DNA of 64,000 bases, taken from assembly GCF_032062105.1 (NCBI RefSeq), contig NW_026930969.1, forward strand, positions 1-64,000, written 5' to 3'. The notes below the pieces were generated by a model. It saw nothing but the letters and a program-made list of their open reading frames with translations, was not told the DNA's origin and made no database searches. The stretch is from Saccostrea cucullata (taxonomy: Eukaryota). Numbering within the stretch: position 1 is the stretch's first letter; each line of letters begins with the position of its first letter. Position numbers and translations under genes: made by a program. Positions 39,601 to 51,608 of the stretch are shown piece after piece.

Positions 39601-41307
39601 GCCGGGCGCATAGCGTTTCACAAACACGTCTTGTTTTTTCTAATTTTTAGCATGTATTGTATATTTTCAATGTTTTAAATGAATAAACGCTTTATTCAAA
39701 GAAATTATGCGGTATTACAAAGAGGTTCTTATTACTTAAAGAATAGTTTCCTGAAATTACCGATATGTTTATTGTAATCAGTTTTATGGGCATAATTTAA
39801 CTGTCGAATTTTTTTTCGCCTGGTTTTAATTATAAATTCAGACCTGTGTCTTTGTCTGGGTTTAATCATAAAGTCAGACCTGTGTCTTTGTCTGGGTTTA
39901 ATCATTCAATCAGACCTGTTTCTTTGTCTGGGTACGTATGATCTGAGCTGGGTCCGGTCCCAGTAGAGTGTCTTATCTGAGCAGCTGTAGTTCGTGTCCA
40001 GTCAAAATATGGAGTGTCCGAATCATTCTGTTCCCAATCACACAAATCAGCCGTCTCAAAATCACAAGACTTCTTTGGTTCCACATCTACGAAGTCGATT
40101 GATTTGAAAAATATAATACATGTATTTACCAAGGACCAAGAGAAAGATCACGCATATCCCTTCCCTCCTCACCGCCCACGAAATAAGATTTTTAAGTTTT
40201 GACAGCTAGTCTACTCTTTCTGGCGGGTGGAGTACTTAAAATTTTTGGATGAGGTTCCCCAATTTTTTTTAATACAGTGGCCATGGGTCTGTTTGAATCA
40301 GAAATTAACACGCAAGAAGCGCGCACAATTAAATTTCTTAATAATATTAATTTTCCATTTCCTGAATGTAATATACTAGTAAGTATTGGTGACTTACATA
40401 TGCATTGTGGTACTTCACTGCTCCACTTAGACCCGTCACAATACAAAGTACTGTTTCCAATTAATGTCAAGCCAGACTTGCAGGAATACTTCAAAAGTCC
40501 ATTCCTTAGCTTTGATTCTATTATCATATCTTTAGTTTTCTTTAATTTTGGACATTTTCTACCATTTGCTAAAAATAAATCAAGATGAAATAATATTGTA
40601 CAACAGAAAAATATAATAGAAGAGTTCAAAAACATTCAGCATTGAAAACAAACATACCAACGCAGACTGGCGTGGGGAAATTCCATTCTTCGTTTCTGCA
40701 GACTGCCACTTTCGCCCCAAAAAGTTTGTACCGTCTCTTACAGCGATATCTAACAAGGCGACCTTTACTTCGTATCCTAGCTGAACCATTTTCAAGTTTT
40801 GGCGTTTTGCAATTATACCGTCCTGCTGTGAAATAAAGAGTTGTACTATAAGATCCGGACATATTTTTTTTATTGTATGTATATGGTTTTGAAAGATAAT
40901 TTCTATGTCTAAAAATTATTATCAATACTTTTTACTGAAAATTTTACTGAACTTAGTTTAAAAATCAAAATATTTTTATACAGATAAGTAAGTTTGTTGC
41001 CCTGGATTAAAAATATTGACATATTTTAAGAAAAGTAAGTTAAAGGTCTAGATTGAAATTCTCAACTGAATTTCAAATTTTTGAAAAAGTTAAAATTGCG
41101 TTGACAAAAATGATAAGACAACATTTTCCTATCTGTAACCACCAGGGATTCTTTAAAGAAAGTCAGTTGAGGACAAATTTATGTTAAAGCTATCAAATCA
41201 AGGAACATACTTCCATACAAAGAAGGGTAAATTATAAACTTACCTCCTTCCGAAATTTCGGTTACAAGGTAAAAAGTTAGAATAATTCCAATGTACGGGA
41301 TTTTCAT
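27602..41307 (-). CDS. Paralogue A: signal peptide-2xCCP(sushi)-MAM-long Thr-rich mucin stalk-TM protein, class C scavenger receptor-like (~804 aa)
   Basis: Exons 41244-41307, 40658-40825, 40398-40568, 39916-40086, 37801-37941, 37400-37542, 37210-37291, 27602-29076; all GT-AG and in phase, 2415 nt total. CCP C...C...C..W....P.C twice; MAM motifs SCDFE..LCDW, TGPSSDHT, GHYLFMEAS, CFEFWYHM, GNQGDTW, GDIAIDDV; TM LLIGLAAGVAVGLVIVVVGCYLW. Confidence 0.9.
29468..30081. mobile_element. Crypton-like non-autonomous element with two long hairpins
   Basis: Outer inverted repeat catgtagttgagtgtaacatta / taatgttacacttaactacatg; ~65-bp near-perfect stem at ~29913-30058 and a related stem at ~29490-29566. 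Another similar hairpin at ~30776-30914. Confidence 0.55.
31070..32805 (-). repeat. Left arm of inverted 45-47 bp minisatellite (interrupted by hAT element)
   Basis: Units such as gcattgagtggcatttgtc...cagagtttctggtaaagtcagca are the reverse complement of those at 35942-37035. Confidence 0.75.
31234..32367. mobile_element. Non-autonomous hAT element (1134 bp)
   Basis: TIR tagggctgaaacgat / atcgtttcagcccta; exact 8-bp TSD gaatttgt at 31226-31233 and 32368-32375; subterminal acgat/atcg repeats. Confidence 0.88.
33039..35502. mobile_element. Non-autonomous CACTA/EnSpm-like element (~2.46 kb)
   Basis: Imperfect ~33-bp TIR cacgcattctcaatttatagtgccaaatcg / cgaattgagactataatttgagaatcagtg, AT flanks, and a recurrent internal acgtaaatatc motif. 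Confidence 0.6.
35942..37035 (+). repeat. Right arm of inverted 45-47 bp minisatellite
   Basis: More than 20 units of gacaaatgccgctcaatgc(c/t)(a/g)c(c/t)gactt...ctctgt(g)tta, with 45-, 47- and ~30-bp variants. Confidence 0.88.
38106..38716. mobile_element. MITE with TATGG termini and 6-bp TSD (IS3EU-like), filled with ~22-bp palindromic repeats
   Basis: Perfect 28-bp TIR tatggcacgccaaattcacaaaaatgag; TSD cattcc at 38100-38105 and 38717-38722; interior of gtaaactatagtttac units. Confidence 0.85.
38890..39635 (+). mobile_element. CvA/pearl-like HINE with four ~156-bp units
   Basis: 5' hairpin ggatc-gaca-gatcc, (GTCT)n, repeats at ~38968/39123/39284/39438, 3' gcgtttcacaaacacgtcttgtt. Confidence 0.8.
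39839..39932 (-). repeat. 36-bp tandem repeat triplicating the exon-4 splice donor of paralogue A
   Basis: cagacctgtgtctttgtctgggt units give CAG|GTCTGA donors at 39916, 39880 and 39844. Confidence 0.85.
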
Positions 41308-42278
41308 ATTTATACCGCAGATTTCAACTTCAGTAAAAAAGACATCAAAGTACGGTCATACCTAAGTACACAACCGGAAGTAAGCAATTAGAGGACCATG
41401 GATTGAGATGGGGATTCAGCCTTTAAGTAGCAAGCATCTTGACATCGCTACGTTTTCTCGCTAATTAGGACCCAGTCTCGAATTGCAGCAGGAACGAGAC
41501 CATCGAAAATATAAACAACGTTTATGGTTGTTTGATAGGAATAATCTGCTTTCAGCTTTACTTATTAACCCTAAGTCGAGAGATAAATATTAATGATGAT
41601 TTATCTAAATCTTTAAAAAAAATCTTGTCCTCAAAGCCCATGGGGCTCATTGCTGTCCAGCGTTCGCCGTGGCTTATGGAACATGGAGGGAACAATGAAT
41701 TTGCTTTCAAATTAACAGCTTACATTTTTAAAAAGGTTTTTTAGTTATCCTCGCGAAAGTTTCATTGATTAATCTTGTGATAATCCGACTTTAATAACTT
41801 CACAAATCTTGAATTTACACGATTTACGGATGCTGACGTATCATTGCAACAAATTGCAACGCTACATGTACATTTTTTTAAATCGGATTTTAAAGATTTT
41901 CTCCTATATTTTCCGATGTAAAACATTGTTCTTCTTTATAATATGATAACAAAATTTCTAGTTGAAAGCTATTTTGATGCTAATGTACATATACACGTTT
42001 CAAAAATTCTAAAATTTGTTTAGATTACATGCCTTCAAATATACAAAGGGTTGAAAAAAATTAAAACATGTAATTAAAAACATGTACTGAACAATTGTAC
42101 AGACAAAACTTCTTATTTAGGTTACACAGAAAGTGGTTTAATTATAGAACTAATGCCTAGGTAGTATTAGTTAATGGAAAGAGAGTTCAATGTAAAATAC
42201 TGCATTATTTAGAGGGTTGGGTTGTTGTGACCATTTTTAGACTATAGGACTATTGTTCTCCTCTGAAGAGCTCTATTT

Positions 42279-42657
42279 NNNNNNNNNNNNNNNNNNNNNN
42301 NNNNNNNNNNNNNNNNNNNNNNNNNNNNNNNNNNNNNNNNNNNNNNNNNNNNNNNNNNNNNNNNNNNNNNNNNNNNNNNNNNNNNNNNNNNNNNNNNNNN
42401 NNNNNNNNNNNNNNNGCTTAATAAGTTATCATATCTGAAAAAAATGTTATATTTTGTGGTTAATTTGATGACCCTCCAGCCTACTTAGTTAGCAGTGTAT
42501 TAACAAGTGAAGCACAAAGANNNNNNNNNNNNNNNNNNNNNNNNNNNNNNNNNNNNNNNNNNNNNNNNNNNNNNNNNNNNNNNNNNNNNNNNNNNNNNNN
42601 NNNNNNNNNNNNNNNNNNNNNNNNNNNNNNNNNNNNNNNNNNNNNNNNNNNNNNNNN
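42279..42657. other. Two assembly gaps (137 N each: 42279-42415 and 42521-42657)
   Basis: N runs. Confidence 0.99.
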
Positions 42658-43166
42658 GGCTATGGTAGTTGTAAAACTATTGACAGATAGTAGAAGATTA
42701 TACTAATTTCAAGTCACATTATAATTAAAAGCATCAAATAATGAAGTAAAGTGGTACAGCATTATGATGAAAATGAGCGAATGTTTATCTAACGATTGAA
42801 CGTACTATTTTAAACTCAAGGAGCATTGGTTATTATTGCGAATATTTAAAGAATAAGTAAATGTCTTCAATAAACTATAATTGATACATATAAAAAATAT
42901 TGGTAAATTGTTAATAAGCAAAATTCCATACATTTAAGGTTGCATCAACATTGCTGATAACTATAAATAAACATATTCGCTAGCCAATATAGTTTATAAT
43001 CCGCATCACCCCTCTTTTTAGGATCAGAGTCCATTCGCTTACGAAGATGGTATATACTCAAACGTATGTCCTTTGACTTATTTTAAATAGTTTGAACCTA
43101 GTATGACCCTTGACTTATTTTAAATTGTCTGAACCTAACAGTATTCGTGAACTACAAAGCTTGAAA

Positions 43167-46100
43167 TCATTCGGACTCGTCTTCATTAGATTCTGCGGAG
43201 GAGCCTTGAGCATCTTTGGATACCTCTGGGGGTAGGGGCAGATCGGGATCGGGCTGTTCCCCTGATAAATTCTCGGTCGTATCTTGTTCCGGTGGCGGTG
43301 GGAGGGGCGGGTCCGGCTTGTCAGCGGAGTCTTCAGCTTCTAATGGTTTTTGGTTTTTATCGCATACCGCTTGCTCTTCAATTTTCTTCTCCGAATTACA
43401 ATCACCATTTTCAGATTGCAAGGAACCTTTCTGGTTTGTTTCTGTATCTTCTTTGCTTTCTGTCTTAGGACTGCTGTCAGACATTGTTTCGGATTTAACT
43501 TCCGATTTTTCAGTGGTTGGTTTTGATTGGTCATTTGTCAATTTGACGGAATCAGACCACTCACCCATGTTTTGATCTTTACTTCCTGTCAAGTTCTTAG
43601 TGTCACCAGGGGCTGATTCAGTGACTTCTTTCTTTTTATTTTCTTCATCTTTCTTCTCATTTTCATCTTTTTTATCTTCGCAGAGATTCTCAGTTTCTTT
43701 AATGAATGACGACAGGATATCAATAGACGTCTGAAATGCATCAGCCCCATCTTCAGTTTTCGTACTTCCGTCTGCTCCAGCCTCTTTCTCAGTCTTTTCA
43801 ACATTCGTGTCTTTCTTTTCCGTCATTTCTTTGCTCTTGTCTTCCGTAGTATCCTTTTCGGTCTTCGCTTGTTCTGTTGCTTTTGAAGCTGCATTTTGTT
43901 CTGATGCAGTGCCAGATTCAACTGAGAGAGCTGCAGGTTTGTTTTCTTCTTGGGTTTGGGGAGTTTGTTCAATTTCTTTGTCTTTCTGCACTGTTGTTTC
44001 TATCTTTTGCTCTGATGTTTGATTTGGATTTTCTTCAGTCTTTTCTTGTTTCGTCTGATTAGCATCATTTTCCGTCTTCGACTCAGAATTTTCTCCCGTG
44101 TTTTCTTCAGCCTTTTGGTCAGAATCTTTCTCCTTCTTTTCTTTTTGATCTTCGTTTTCATCCTGGGATTCTTTTGTTTTAGATTCTTCGCCATCTTTAA
44201 CCGGTTTGCCTTCCTTGTCCTCTATGGCAGCTCCAGTCTCTTCATCTAGAAAGTATGAATTTATTCCTACAAACAGGAATTATGAAATATATAACACATT
44301 GAAAATTTTCAAATTGATTGGGGACTGGTTTTCGACTAAATTACCGTATATTGAAAGGTCTATGTTCCCTCATCTTGTAGTCTGTTTAAAAAATGTTTTT
44401 CAAGAGAATTTTTAATGTACTCGCTTCTCATTATATCGCCGGTTCCATTGTATCGCGGAATATTCCAAAAATTCAGATACATAGCTCATATCCTGTCTGT
44501 TTAAATATATCTGCTTGTCGTCCGAATGTAAACTTTTGTGACGATTAAAAAGTATGGAACATGTGTCAGTAATTTTTTTATTCAAATAAAACGTAATTTT
44601 ACAGATTTCCATTACCGTTTATAAAATATCATATTTAGATCATTGATTTTATAACCTAGTAAAAGCCAGAATAAAGTTCATGTTTCGAAAGTCTTTAGTT
44701 TGTATGAATGTTTATTTTTAATGTAGAATTATAAATATAAAAATAAAAATTGAAGTTGTGTAAATTTCATGTTTTCCTATAGCGCGATACTAGGTAACTC
44801 TACAATTTAGGAGGTAAATAAGACTTCCCGTTTTAAAAATAGACAACAAATTAAATAATGCAAACTTGAGAAATAATTTGACACTAAAATGTTAGGCCAT
44901 AGATTGGTTTATGGATAGTATTTGATGAAAGTTAAAGTAAAAAATTGTTTTAATGCAAAGGATATATATCACTTTTTTAAAATAAAAAATATTAGTACAT
45001 TGACCTTCATTAACATTATTTCCATGTTTTCAATGGAAAACATACACCTCCCCATACATGGACAGAAGGCGATAATTCAGGAAGGAATTACTTACATTGT
45101 ATATTACATAACACACAAACGATGTTTACAAACGAGCAGAAACTTACACAGCCATTACGAAGGACTATTTTAGAAAAGTAGAACTCTTCATGAAAATGCA
45201 CGATTTGATGCAATGAATTATGTTACTCGTATACTACAGTACGTATTTGTTTTCCTGCCTTCTAGTTCTCACAACAACTAATTTTACCACTGAATTTTTG
45301 AAGTTTTGGAGTAGCTATAGTAAAGAAGTTTCCATTGCATTAAACATGAAATAGTATAGGAACTAAAATGAAGTAGTTTACTTTATTTCGATAAGAAATA
45401 CCTTTGTCTATTTAATAGTGTATTTGTATACGAGGGTTGTCAGGAAAAATCGTGGACAAAGCGTTTTTCTCGAAAAATAATGGGCGCACTAAGCTAATTT
45501 TTAGGCAAATGTTTATTTATCACACCGGTATTTAAGTGCATCTTTTTTTTCATATTTATAAAATACAGACAAAAATAAAGAATTTGTTATGCTTGAATGT
45601 GCACAGAGTAGGTCCTAAATATACTAAAGAGTAGTGAAAATTTTAGAACACATTGAAGATTATTTTTCAAACTAGGCAACTTGTCCCCGATTTAACCGGA
45701 CAACCCTCGTTTAATGTACTATTTTCATACTGATTTTAAGTACATCGGTTAATATTGATTTTTTTTTAGCGATAACAAACCATATTCATCACCAAAAGAG
45801 TTCTTAATTAATTTAAAAATTTAAAAAAAAATTAACATTGTAAAAACTGTAAAATGCAGGATAAGACTGCCATTTCTATTTCTCTTTATAAGAAGGACAT
45901 GCTGATTTTGTTTTAGTATTATGTACCTCGACATTTCTTCAGTTGTTTTCTTGTCACATAAAGAAGGACAGCGGCCAGTATACCAAGCAGAACAACAGCT
46001 AAACCAATCGGCAGTCCGAAGAAGACCATCCTTACTTTATGCATTTGTTCCGGCGACAGTAACGGGAGCGTGTTGGTACACGGTTTCTGCTCTTTTTCTC

Positions 46101-46566
46101 CTGGTTTGGAGATGTCAAGATTTGAGGTTGTTGATTTAGTTGCTGAAATTGGTATTGTTGAAGCAGGTCTCGATGTTACTGACTTTTTTGTTGTTGTAGG
46201 TGTTGTCGGTTTTATCGTTGTTGTTGTTGTTGTCGTCGTTGTGTTAGGTGCTATCGTTGTTGTTGTCGTCGTTGTGTTAGGTGCTATCGTTGTTGTTGTC
46301 GTCGTTGTGTTAGGTGCTATCGTTGTTGTTGTCGTCGTTGTGTTAGTTGCTATCGTTGTTGTTGTTGTTTTCGATGCATCTGTTGAATTAGTCTTTGGTA
46401 ATTGGTCATCTGTCTTTAATTCCTCTTCAGTTTCATCTTCCGTGTTTGAATTCGTTATGTTTGCTGTTCTGTTTTCAATTTCCATTGAGATTTCCGTGGA
46501 TATCGCGAGTTCCATCCGGACAACAGAAGAAATCAATCCCAGTCCAAACCCAGCCGTCAGCAATGC
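43167..46566 (-). CDS. Thr-repeat mucin-like single-pass membrane protein with a long acidic disordered tail (5' end unresolved)
   Basis: Exon ~46566-45927 (hydrophobic N-terminal segment, TTTTTTTIAPN repeats, TM VFFGLPIGLAVVLLGILAAVLLYV, phase-1 donor CGAG|GTACAT) joins in frame to exon 44245-43167 (acceptor tttctag, E/K/D/T-rich, PPLPPPPEQD and DLPLPPE). Confidence 0.75.
45431..45709. mobile_element. Mariner-type MITE (279 bp)
   Basis: TIR cgagggttgtcaggaaaaatcgtggacaa / ttgtccccgatttaaccggacaaccctcg, TA on the left. Related to the TIRs at 8180/10086 and a remnant at ~58680-58709. Confidence 0.75.
46216..46370 (-). repeat. Coding 33-bp tandem repeat (TTTTTTTIAPN), about four copies
   Basis: gttgttgtcgtcgttgtgttaggtgctatc periodicity of 33 nt. 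Confidence 0.9.
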
Positions 46567-48569
46567 TGTAACAATTATAGTTAGTGCACATTGTATTTTG
46601 AAAATCTTATTTTTATTTCAAAAGTCATGTTCAATTTTATATGAAAATAACAGTTGTACTTTTTAAAAGTAATTTTTTTTTAATATCTTTAAAGTGTTTG
46701 ACACTATCGTTAATGTTTTAAACATTATCTTTAATATTGTAGTGTTTTAACAAATCATGTCTATTTTTAATATATTCGATCGGTGCACACTATTAGTTCA
46801 AGATATATTAACTGTAGTCAACGACGACTCACACAAGTTGTTCCGACAAAAATAGTTCCATCATTAATAAGTAGATACAACATGATTGTTCATGATAAGA
46901 ATAATGTTGTGTATGTCATACGTAAAAAAACCAAAATTAATGTTAATTTTTCCTCCAAAGATCACCCCCCCCCCCCCTAAATGCAAATAAAAAATGTTAA
47001 TATTCCTACGCTCGCTCCCTCCTCAGCTTTTTTTTAAACATGTTTGATAAGGTCACCCAGTCTCCTGACCATGCTAACAAACGGTACACATACCTATGTC
47101 CGCAAAACCAGTTAGCCTTGGTCTATACACACGTGCGATGGAGTTCCGCGAACAGAGAAGTTACGATGGCAGACAGAACTTTTTTTCATAATTAGATCAC
47201 ATGAATACAAATTCTGATTAATAAAAATTAAACGATTGTCAGTTTAGAAATCCCCGGCCAGTTCGGGTTTTGTTACACATTTTATAAGTACTCTCCCTAT
47301 GTATAGTTTGTCTATACACGTGTAGGAATCTTCTCAGGGATTGAAAATTCCGTCATTTAATATACTACACACACAGAATGATATTTTTTCTTCTTCCCTA
47401 AGAGGAAACTATATGATTATTAACGAACAATCAACATGATTTTACTACAGTTGTTGATATAGTATAATCAATTCATCAGTGAAAAAATATCAACCGAAGA
47501 ATGACCTAGATATTCTCTCGTAATGCTACGGACTCCTTAATGACGTTTATAAAAATACAACTGCACTGTCTAGTTATAGAACTTGTGTAAATTTCGCTAA
47601 CACTGTTAAACATATTAAATCTTAAAGTCGATTATCTTTGGATACGGGGTAACCCGGCCATATCTATTCTTGTCTACAAAGAAAAAACAAAAATATTGGA
47701 TTCCTACCTAAATGGGTCTTCATAATCACTAAAAGGACGTACTGGTAGCTTTACTTCTAATGGACACGAAAGACTCCCGATTTCCTCCACAGTACAGGAA
47801 GATTTAAGACTTTGGTGAATCCTGTCTACTTCCTTGTATTTTGTGGAGAATTTTATCCTTTAGAGGAACATTTAATGGCATCAGACAACATAAGTACCCG
47901 CCAAAGTGGGTTTTCTGAGTACTTTTATTTATCTAGTTGGTTGCAATACATGTATATTGTAAAATGCCAAAACAATCCTCGACATTTTTTTATGCAAATT
48001 AGAGAGTTTCCAATTTTTTTTTCTCTATTTAAAATTGCTAGTCGTGTGTAGAATGATAAATTTTTTTTCACAGTGTTGTTTAATTGAACTCTTGGATGAA
48101 CCCAAATATGCTAACTAAAGGTTATTTTAGATTAAAGTCTACTTGTTTTCGCCTCTCCGTAAACCATGGATCACTCACTGAAATGTTAAGACAAGTCCCT
48201 GGTTTATAAGGTTAACACAGATTACAATATATCATTAAGACTTTTATTGAATTTTTAAATAAATATCACACAATGTGTTTTACAATGTGCTTTGTAACAC
48301 ATGGCAGATTTCTCCAATACCATCTATAACACTCGCAATGATACAAGTATGCTCCAAATCAAATTACATGTGTATTTTGCTTCTCTAAATAAATGAACAG
48401 TATTGTTTTATAATGAAACTGTTTTATTTTGTTAAATTTAAATCAAAAATATCTAATATTTTAAAAAAATTATCATAGGTGTTTTATATATATAAATATT
48501 ATTCTCCATTTGGTTAACAATAAAAATTTTTTTAATGTAAAACAAATATTAAAAAACTTAATCAGGTGC

Positions 48570-48771
48570 TCTGCATTTTCTCCTCTCCCGTTATATTTGG
48601 TGCCGTGCCATGCCCTGGAATTGACAGGTGGAAGGCCTGCCAGGGATGAGCCTGGGTTGGGGTCTTTGGAGGGCCAAAGACCTTTAAGGAGGGAGGGATG
48701 TGGCGGTAACAATAGATAGCTCAGTTGGTAGAGCAAATTTTCAATTTTGCGTTTTCTCCTCTCCCGTTATA
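48570..48771 (+). mobile_element. Miniature non-autonomous LTR element with tRNA-like LTR (TRIM/Helenus-like remnant)
   Basis: LTR end ttttctcctctcccgttata (48577-48595) followed by PBS-like TGGTGCCGTG; polypurine tract aaggagggaggga (48686-48698); second LTR from TG at 48699 containing A-box TAGCTCAGTTGGTAGAGC and ending in the same sequence. Confidence 0.65.
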
Positions 48772-48786
48772 TATATAAATGCAGAC

Positions 48787-51570
48787 TTACACTGTAATAT
48801 ATTTAGTTCTATAATGTGTTTCTACAAACAGCTTGAGTTCTTGGTATTTGTCATTGTAGATTTTTTGCTGCCTCCTGCAGATACACTCCATTATAACAAG
48901 TATCACTGTAAACAGGCAAAGAACAACCAGTCCTATACACATATTCACAATGGCTTCGGCTGTAAACACAATGAGATGGTGATTTTTATGAGTTGAATTA
49001 TGTAGCAATGATCTCCGAGTTGTAGAAGATGGTTCCTTTGAGAAAGTGTTGGTATTTGATTCGTTATTTGTAAAATTTGAGTATCTGTCTGTCTGTGATA
49101 TTTCTGGGGGTTTTGTTAACTTGTTCGTGGAACTGGACGAAGGGGCTTCCGGTGCTGTGGTGGCGATGCTCCTGCTGGCAAATGATGACTTCCTACTGAG
49201 AATTTCTGTACTGGAATGATCACTAAGTGCGCTCAAACTTGTTGACGATGTATAATTGTCTTCTGGAGTTTTATATAACTCTGTGTGGTAAGATTGCTCT
49301 GAAGTGGTTGATGAATCATAAGTAATCGTGATATTAACGCTGTTTTCTGCAGTAGTCATAATAGTGGGTGTGTCATCTTTAGTGAACGTTTCTGTCGTAT
49401 TCTTGACGGTAGATGGCGTTGTAAACATCCCTGTTGAGATGTCTACGCCTTCTGTGGTATCACGTGATGAAACCGATGATATTCCTTCACTGATTGTTGA
49501 TTGTCTTGCTGACTGTGCAGCTGGATCAGGAAGAGCTGAAAGAACGATGCAAAAAAATATTTTTGAACCACGGAAAGAAATCAGAAATAACAAAATTGAT
49601 TGATCATGGTGGAATTTAAGAAAAGAAATACAGTCTTAAATATGCCATATTTTTTTTACTTATGATACAAGGAAATCAAATTTCAACAACTTTTTTTAAA
49701 AAAAAGCTATCCATGAGTCGTATTCAACGGACATGTTTCATACCAAAACTAAGTTAGACCTTTGATTCAATGATAAGATTGACAACGAATGACTCTATCA
49801 ACTTGATCAATACACAAGACTCACTACATTGATCAGCCAACAGGGGATGCTCACTCCTCCAAGGCACCTGATCCCACCTCTGGTTGTCCAGGAGTTCATG
49901 TTTAATGCCATATTCACACGTTTGTGTTGTTTTTGTTGTTTGTTTTTTTTTACAGATTTGCACTGTTTAAAACAAATTTAAGACCGATTTTTGCTTGTTA
50001 TCTTCTCTATGTCATTAAACCTATTACTTTTCTTGTTCCAGAATACTGTTCAAAGAAGGATAATTCTATTACGGATTTCGGCGATCTATATATGTATTGC
50101 TTTTAATACTAGTTTTTATGTACCATCTTCTTTCAGTATGAAATACGATATATAAAAATTAGTTATATAAAAATGTAGCAACAGATTAGTGATACATACA
50201 CAGATCCGGCGGTTTGCAAGGAAGCATGAGCCAGTCATCTACTGCAATATCACTGGCATAACTGTCCTGTCGTATTGCTTCCAACACAATCTAACAAGAT
50301 ATGAATTCATCTTTTAATTTCATTTAGAAAAACCTCTTCAGCACTCATTTAACAAATACAATGATGTTTCCACATATCATTGTGTGTACAAAAACTAGTT
50401 AAAAGAATTTAAATGTCTTAAGTACCTGAAACCTTTCTGAACAAATCGGAATTTTGAAATGTCCACATTTCCAGTCCTCTCCTTGATTTCCGGACATTGT
50501 AAATAAAATCTTTTCGCTAAATTTTTTTCCGCTTCCAGTCCGAAGCAAAACCTTTAATGTTCCCACAGCTAAAATATATTTTGGTAATATTTTAATCTTT
50601 AATGTTAAGTGAAAACATTTTTATAAGATAATATTGCTTGTTACAAATTAATATAATTACCATTTAGTTGATTAGGACCGTTCATATGGTACCAAAATCT
50701 AAAGCATCGGTTGCTACGGTCACTGGGATACCATGGAGATAATAAACGGGCCACGTCACCTGGATGTCTAGGGGTGGAAGCCTCCATATAAATATAATGA
50801 CCTAGGAAGTGAAAGAATAAAAATATTATGTAATTAGGGAACATCTATTTTTCTATTAGTGATACAGTAAACTGAATGGAAGTATCAATTGAATTTCACT
50901 GATGAACATTCCATTTATGAGCAAGTAAAGGAAAAATTCTAAATTATTTTTCTTTTTCCAAATCTATTAAAGTTGACATAATAAATTCTCCATTTGCATT
51001 TGGATTTTTTGCATTTTTTATTTTTTAAAGATTTTTTCAGCGATGATAAATACCAGTCGTATAATTGGGTCCTAGGGTGTGATCAGTGTTTGGACCGGTT
51101 CTTCCTGTTGATGTCTGCCCGCTGTGATGTGTCCAATCAAAATCATCCGTTTGGTCCTGACTCCACCCACAAAATTGACTAGATTCAAAGTCACAACTAT
51201 CAACTTCAGAAGGTTCTACATGAAATTTAAGAGCTTCCTGATTATAGGTCTGATATGGAAAATGGTATTACTTTGAATTTACGTTACATGGCATCTAAAC
51301 TGCCAGAAATATTTACCTAGACATTTTGGAATGGATGAGCTCCAGTTTCGTCCATCACAAGTTAGAAGAGCCTCTCCTTGTATGGTCATCCCATTGTGAC
51401 ACGTGACCTCAATCACAGACCCAGTGTGGGATCTGATGACGTCACCATTTGTTATATTCTGTATCAATGGACATCCAGGAGCTATGAAAATATTTTTTTC
51501 GAAAATATTAAATGGCTTCTGTTGATGATTTTTTTCTTTAAAAACATTTGGAAGAATGACTCGTGCTCAC

Positions 51571-51608
<38 letters not shown>

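Noticed and set aside
43216-44249. Overlapping Lys/Arg-rich and Ser/Phe-rich ORFs
   Set aside because: Alternate frames and antisense of the acidic-tail exon.
46833-46883. Candidate first exon of the acidic-tail mucin gene (GTGAGT donor at 46832)
   Set aside because: Its phase does not match the best acceptor at 46566; left unresolved.
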